In this document: one piece after another, positions 46,468 to 52,316 of the stretch | Layout: each line of letters opens with the position of its first letter | Numbering within the stretch: the stretch's first letter is position 1 | Assembly (NCBI GenBank): GCA_012862495.1 | Contig: BLSG01000073.1 | Location: 28,437 to 80,752, forward strand | Length of the DNA stretch: 52,316 nt | Direction of reading: 5' to 3' | Source: Thraustochytrium aureum | Taxonomy: Eukaryota | Notes under the pieces: generated by a model | Seen by the model: the letters and a program-made list of their open reading frames with translations, nothing else | What the model was told of the DNA's origin: nothing | Databases searched by the model: none | Made by a program: the position numbers and the translations under genes

Positions 46468-49263
46468 CTATTCGTCCTCCTCGCGCGGGTCGCCGTAGCG
46501 CCAAAGATTGACGTGCTCGGCATGCGCCTGCTCCTGAGCCTCCTTGAGGCTGGCAATAGCCTTTTTCTCGTCGTTGCCGCGGAAGTACCGCACCCCCTTC
46601 GAGTCAACATAGCCAAGACCGTCGCGGAGCATGATGTAAGCAATGTTCTCCGACTTGACCTCCTCACCCTCCTTGGCCTCGGGCACAGTGAACAGCGACA
46701 CAAGCAGACGCCCAGAGTCGCTCTTGCCATGCTGAACGACATTAACCTTCTTGCCAAAAACCAGGTCGGAAAGCGCCATGGCAGCCTCGCGGCCAAAGTC
46801 CTTGTCGAGAGCAGGGACTTTGACAAACGCGAGCTGGCACTCCAGCGCCGAGGCCGGGTTTGCAAAGACAGCGTCGCTGGACGGCGCGCGGAGGCGGTCC
46901 ATCTTGACGGTCTCCTCGTTGCCATAATCAATGTAGCGCACGGTGAAGAGCGTCTCGTCCTTGCCGGCTTGGATGGCGAGAATCTTGGCACGGAACCACT
47001 TGTTTCCGGTGCCATCGTCGAAGAGGGCCAGAACGTTCATGTTCTTCTTGGGCTCCGCGATGCCCGTGCCAGCGGCACCAGGCGTTGTGCCGCACTCCTC
47101 GCCGATAGCAGCCATCGCCTTCTCGATCGCCTCGAGCTTGGCCAAAGAGGCAGCGCTTTGGTTTTGGATGAAGAACACGCTGCCGTTGACAATTTCAGAA
47201 ACGCAGGCAACCGTTCCCTCAGTGCCGCTGCTTTCGGCAGCAGCTTCCTCCGAGCCCGGCTCGGGCTTGACGTAGTTGTGCCACATGCCGACTCGCTTCC
47301 GGCGGGCCTCGGCCTGCTCGCGCTGCAGCTCGTCGCCGTTCGGCGTAAAGCGTACTGTGAAGTCGTTGACGGAGGCCAGGCCGGCTTCCAGGAGCGCCAC
47401 GCCAAGGTTGACGGTGTCGGACCCGCGCTTGACAAAGCACTGACCGATCGCGGTGCCGCCCTTGTCCATGGCCTCGATCTCGACCGTGACATCGCGCTGC
47501 ATGGCGAGCGACTTGGTGAACGCGAGCGCCTCCGCGGAGAAGGGCTCTGCCGGTGTCGCCGCGCGACCTTTGTTGGCCGACCGCGCCGTCGACGGGGTCA
47601 CGATTCCGCCGAGGGCGAAGTTGAGCAGGGTGTTCTCCCCGGGGAGGAACACGCGCATCCGCGAGGCGTTGATCACGAACTCGACGACGCCCTTGTGCTG
47701 GCCGGCCGTGCGGGCGCCCGGCTTTTGCTGCTGTAAGGACGAGAGGGACGCGCGGGCCTGGGCGGCGTTGGCAGTCAGGTCGACAATCCGGCGCTCGGAC
47801 GGCTCCTTGGGCGCGTCCGGCGCATGCATGCCAGCGCCGGCCTGCTTTGCCGCGACGAGCGCGGCCTGCAGCTCGTCGTAGTGCGCCGAGCGCTCGTCGT
47901 CAGCGCGGTGGCGGATCACGTCGGCGAACCCGGCCTCGACCAACATCACTGCGGCATTCTTGCGGCCCTTGCGGGTGTGGGCCATGACCGTGGCAAACAC
48001 GCGGGGCGCGGCGGCAAAGCCGGATGCGCCCGCGGCCGGGGCGCGCTCGTACTCCACTGTCACGTCGCACTTCTTGCCGAGGATGCGGGAGCGCAGGAGC
48101 TCGCGAGCCTCGCGCGCGAAGGGGGCGTCAGGCTCGTTGCGCGACCGTGCGCCGAGGCGAGGGGCGCGGATGGATGAGAGAGAGATGCGGCGCTCTTCGC
48201 AGTCCCAGGGCCGCGATGCGAGCAGTTCCGGCGACCCGACCCGGATCACCAGCGTGTCGCCGCTGACGATCTCAGAGGCGACGCCCTCATAAGAACTATC
48301 ACCCGAGATGGTCGGCGGCTCGTAGTTGCGCCAGATGCGGAGGCGGCCCTCCTTGGCTTCGCGGGGCCGCGGCGCGCATCGCAGCGGCGTGCTGGAGCGA
48401 GGTGTAGTTCATGCTCCAGTCCACCGCGCGGGCGAGGCCGTTCTTGACGAGCTCCACGGCGATGTCGCCGGCAGGGTGCTCGATCGAGCCATAAAACGTT
48501 TTAAAGCGGTCGTCAATACCGTTGATAACGACGTTAACATCACGGTTGAGCAGGCGGATCTCCGTAAAGTACTTTGCCTCGCGCGCGAATGGCTCCGGGT
48601 TATCGTTGCCGTTGCCGGCGTTCAGGCGCGGCGTCTGCACGCCGGCCAGGTTGAAGCTCAAGAAGGTCATGTGCTCGAGCAGGAGAACCTTGAATGAGCT
48701 GCCATCCCGGACGTACTCGATCACGGCGCGCTGCGGGAGGCCCTTGACCTTCTTCAGCAGCCCAGCGGCGTCGGCGACCTCAAAGGTGATGTTGCGGACA
48801 GCGGAGGCAACTGCGGCGGGGTCCTTGTTGAAAATACCCCTGCCCTGCGCCTCGGCTTCGGCGCCGGCCAGAGCCATCGCGTCATAGTCGCCGCTGCGCT
48901 CTTTGTCGTCGCCCTCGCTCTTGACGCGTGCCCACCCTTCGCGAGCGACGACGACGCACAGATTCTCCTTGCTCCCGGTCGTCAGGTGCACGGCGCCAAA
49001 CTGCCGGTTGATGGACGGCACCGTGTACTCGACTTTGAACGACACGTGCTTTCCGATGCATGCCTGGCGGAGAAACTCGCGCGAGGCCCACGCAAAGGGC
49101 TCGTCTTTCGCTCCCCGCCCTTGCCCGAGTTCCCCAACCTCGGCGCCTGCAGCGACGCGAGCGTCAGCCGAATCTCGGGGGGCGGTCCATTCTTGGGCTG
49201 CCCCACCAGCACGACCGTGTCACCGGACAGCACCTCCTTGACCGTCGCGAACCCGGTGGCCAT
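46468..49263 (-). CDS. SND1: Tudor staphylococcal nuclease (SND1/p100); frame breaks at ~49115 and ~48365
   Basis: MATGFATVKEVLSGDTVVL..APRL..DEPFAWASREFLR; IEYVRDGS; EPFAREAKYFTEIRLLNRDV; SSIRAPR; ERSAHYDELQAA; QRDVTVEIEAMDKGG; Tudor KWFRAKI..YIDYGNEE; C-terminal NLWRYGD. ATG at 49263, TAG at 46468-46470. Confidence 0.95.
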
Positions 49264-50339
49264 CCTCCCGTCCGTCACCCCAGACCGCTCCCTCCCTGTT
49301 CCCGCCTTCGCTCGCTCGCTGCTCGCTCAAGCGATTGCAACAGCCCAACCGAGCCCGTGCCGATCTCTCCAGCTGCTGCTGCTGCGCCTCCTNNNNNNNN
49401 NNNNNNNNNNNNNNNNNNNNNNNNNNNNNNNNNNNNNNNNNNNNNNNNNNNNNNNNNNNNNNNNNNNNNNNNNNNNNNNNNNNNNNNNNNNNNNNNNNNN
49501 NNNNNNNNNNNNNNNNNNNNNNNNNNNNNNNNNNNNNNNNNNNNNNNNNNNNNNNNNNNNNNNNNNNNNNNNNNNNNNNNNNNNNNNNNNNNNNNNNNNN
49601 NNNNNNNNNNNNNNNNNNNNNNNNNNNNNNNNNNNNNNNNNNNNNNNNNNNNNNNNNNNNNNNNNNNNNNNNNNNNNNNNNNNNNNNNNNNNNNNNNNNN
49701 NNNNNNNNNNNNNNNNNNNNNNNNNNNNNNNNNNNNNNNNNNNNNNNNNNNNNNNNNNNNNNNNNNNNNNNNNNNNNNNNNNNNNNNNNNNNNNNNNNNN
49801 NNNNNNNNNNNNNNNNNNNNNNNNNNNNNNNNNNNNNNNNNNNNNNNNNNNNNNNNNNNNNNNNNNNNNNNNNNNNNNNNNNNNNNNNNNNNNNNNNNNN
49901 NNNNNNNNNNNNNNNNNNNNNNNNNNNNNNNNNNNNNNNNNNNNNNNNNNNNNNNNNNNNNNNNNNNNNNNNNNNNNNNNNNNNNNNNNNNNNNNNNNNN
50001 NNNNNNNNNNNNNNNNNNNNNNNNNNNNNNNNNNNNNNNNNNNNNNNNNNNNNNNNNNNNNNNNNNNNNNNNNNNNNNNNNNNNNNNNNNNNNNNNNNNN
50101 NNNNNNNNNNNNNNNNNNNNNNNNNNNNNNNNNNNNNNNNNNNNNNNNNNNNNNNNNNNNNNNNNNNNNNNNNNNNNNNNNNNNNNNNNNNNNNNNNNNN
50201 NNNNNNNNNNNNNNNNNNNNNNNNNNNNNNNNNNNNNNNNNNNNNNNNNNNNNNNNNNNNNNNNNNNNNNNNNNNNNNNNNNNNNNNNNNNNNNNNNNNN
50301 NNNNNNNNNNNNNNNNNNNNNNNNNNNNNNNNNNNNNNN

Positions 50340-52316
50340 AATGTCTGCACCAAAGTTGGAGCCAAATCGACGCTCATCGTCAATGGCGTGGGCGTATCCA
50401 CCGCCCCGATAGCCACCGCCTGCCCACGCGACATGAAAGTAACTAAAGTCCGGCGGGATGCACGAGCTGAGCGGCCTCGAGGTCGTATCAATGACCTTGT
50501 GGTGCGCGCCGGCCCACTCATCGCCGCTCTCGAGGAGCGCCTTCTTGAAATACATCGGCACAAGCTCAGCCTCGCTCTCCGACACAGGGACGCACTCTAC
50601 GCAGGTGTGCCAACCGGGGCGCTTTGGGCTCAGAACGGTCTCCAAGTAGACGAGCGACTTGTTCTCGTCCTTGGCCCACATCGCCTCCAGCGCCGCCTTG
50701 ACGCGCTCGACCTCGCGAACGACTTGATCGCCTGCGACGTTCATGCCGGGCGCCGCCTCGAGCGGGACTATTCGCGCGTGACCCGGGGCAATCGGCGCGG
50801 GCGGCAGCGTCAAGTAGGTGAATGCACCAATCCACACGACGAGGTCCTTCCGGAAAGCCGGCGAGCTCATGGACAGCGGGTTGCTGCGCTCTCCGCGAAC
50901 AGCAGCGCCATGCGCCGCCACAGCCGCGGCACGGTCCATCTCGTGCCGCCTGGCACCGGACATGCGCTCTCGCCGAGCAGTGTAAAGCGAATTTAGGCGG
51001 GACTGCGCCACGCTGTCCATTTCCTCGTCCTCTCCGGTCGCAGAGCTCCCAGGAATGCCCTTGAAGCGCGTGTTGCGCCGGAGCAAGTTGGCGACGAGCG
51101 CGTCATCCATGCTACCCTGCTCACGTTCTCGGCGCGCCATCTCTTCGACGGTCATCGCTGCCTCAACTGTGGCCAACTCCTTTTCTCGGTACACGCCGCG
51201 TGATTTAGCCCGTGCGTCAATGTCCGTTTCTGCGACGGGCGATACAGCCGTGAGAGAGGTAAGGCGGCGCCCAGCCGCGTCAAGAGGAGCGAGGACAGCC
51301 GCTTGGGCACCACCACGTTCATTGCCGCCTTGCGCGGCCTGGCCTTGCTTTATGCGGGCAATCTCGGCCTGGAGAGCGTTGCATAGTTTGACGTCGCCGC
51401 TCAGCTTGGCGCGCATCGCTCTGGCAGCCAGCTTATTCGGGTCGCTGGTGCCAAAGCTGGTGCTTGCCCCCTCAGCTGCTCGTGCAGACTGCTGCTGGTG
51501 CTGCTGCGGCGTCGGCGGGTGCTGCTCTCCTGGCTTCGGGAACGCCGCCCTGGGAGGGGCGGGGCTTGCTGTTGCTACAGCGTCGTCTAGGGCAGTCTTT
51601 TTAGGGTCGTAGAGACCGTACGGCCGCATTGAAACCGGGTCTCGCAGGCCCTGCTCAACCTCGCGCATAAGGCGCTCATCGTGCCCACTCAGCAGTCCTG
51701 GGGGCACGATTTTTGGAGTCTGTGACGGTCGGTCTGTCGCAACGTCCGGTTTGGGCGGGGAGGGCATGAACCAGTCCAGGCCAGCGGCCGAACGAGCCTC
51801 AACGATAGCGCTGGGAGAGGGGCCTGGGGCGGAGCTGCTTTTGGCACTCCTGGCGCCTCGCTCGAGCCCGACTCGCAGCGTTGCCGCTTGCTGCTTCGGC
51901 TCTTCTTGGCAGACTTGGAGCGCTTGCTTTCCTTTTTGTCTCGCTCGCGGTGCCTGCGATCGCCGTCCCTGCGATCGCCGTCCCGGTCGTGGCGGCTGCT
52001 CTTGCTAGACTCCTTGCCTTTCTTGCTCTTGCTCTTCTTGGGCCGCTTTTCGGTGCTTTTCGGTTTCGGTGCCGGCCGCTGTGACTCGAGCCCTGCGACC
52101 CCTCGCTGCTGCTCTCGCTGCCGCTACGCCCCTCCTGAGGCCGGCGGCGGCGCCCCCTCTCTGCCCGCCGCCCCCTTTTCGCTCGACGAGCGGCCTGCCC
52201 CCGTTCATCCCACGTTCCAAGCCCTGCTCCGCTTGGCCCGTCCCGCAACTCCTTGGCCGCCATCGCTTGCAACAGCCTTGCCCGCTCCCTGTCCCGCGCC
52301 GCGCGCTGCTCCAAAA
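50340..52316 (-). CDS. CWF19L2: CWF19-like protein 2 (CwfJ C-terminal domains, intron-lariat spliceosome factor), partial at both ends; two frame breaks at ~52042 and ~51848
   Basis: GLDWFM, DPNKLAARAMRAKLSGD, MTVEEMARRER, YLTLP..PGHARIVP, VYLET, HTCVECVPV, PMYFKKALLESGDEW..HHKVIDT, IPPDFSYFHV and GGYAHAIDDE..F..NFG; Lys/Arg/Ser-rich N-terminal region. Confidence 0.88.

Larger units (their letters stand above)
4272..50339. other. Eleven scaffold N-gaps: 4272-4437, 8996-9587, 12411-12639, 16469-17371, 17863-18361, 20043-20393, 23381-24089, 24782-25342, 37247-37405, 41940-42130, 49393-50339
   Basis: Runs of n. Several fall inside CDSs and do not preserve frame, so their sizes are estimates. 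Confidence 0.95.

Noticed and set aside
5682..49263. Pseudogene calls for the frameshifted genes
   Set aside because: Catalytic and structural motifs are intact, repaired frames have no nonsense codons, and RPA2 and UTP20 are essential.

Overview
Gene-dense, GC-rich (~63% by eye), essentially intron-free eukaryotic nuclear scaffold with 11 N-gaps. It is not prokaryotic: it encodes RNA Pol I subunit RPA2, UTP20, Tudor-SN, a CWF19L2-type splicing factor and a Pol III-type tRNA. The style (intron-poor, (GCAG)n/(CCAG)n microsatellites next to genes) suggests a protist such as a thraustochytrid/labyrinthulomycete, which is an inference. Gene order: UPF0489/C5orf22-like (+), kinase-less KA1-like + ARM protein (-), UTP20 (+), inositol polyphosphate kinase 3' fragment (+), RPA2 (-), GT1 sterol-glucosyltransferase-like (+), a ~14.7 kb (~4,900 aa) multi-C2/EF-hand/ankyrin/IQ/Tudor-like gene (+), tRNA-Glu(CTC) (+), a PX + helical (BAR-like) + TKL kinase fusion (+), Tudor-SN (-) and CWF19L2-like (-, 5' end outside the window). 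About 20 small frame breaks split seven of these genes, mostly at homopolymers or dinucleotide runs. They are most likely consensus errors and explain why the ORF track is fragmented. The most interesting items are the giant Ca2+/lipid-binding multidomain protein, the PX-BAR-kinase fusion and the GTAC/CTAG-dense islands at gene boundaries. No CRISPR array, transposase or clearly novel multi-gene system can be supported from the sequence.
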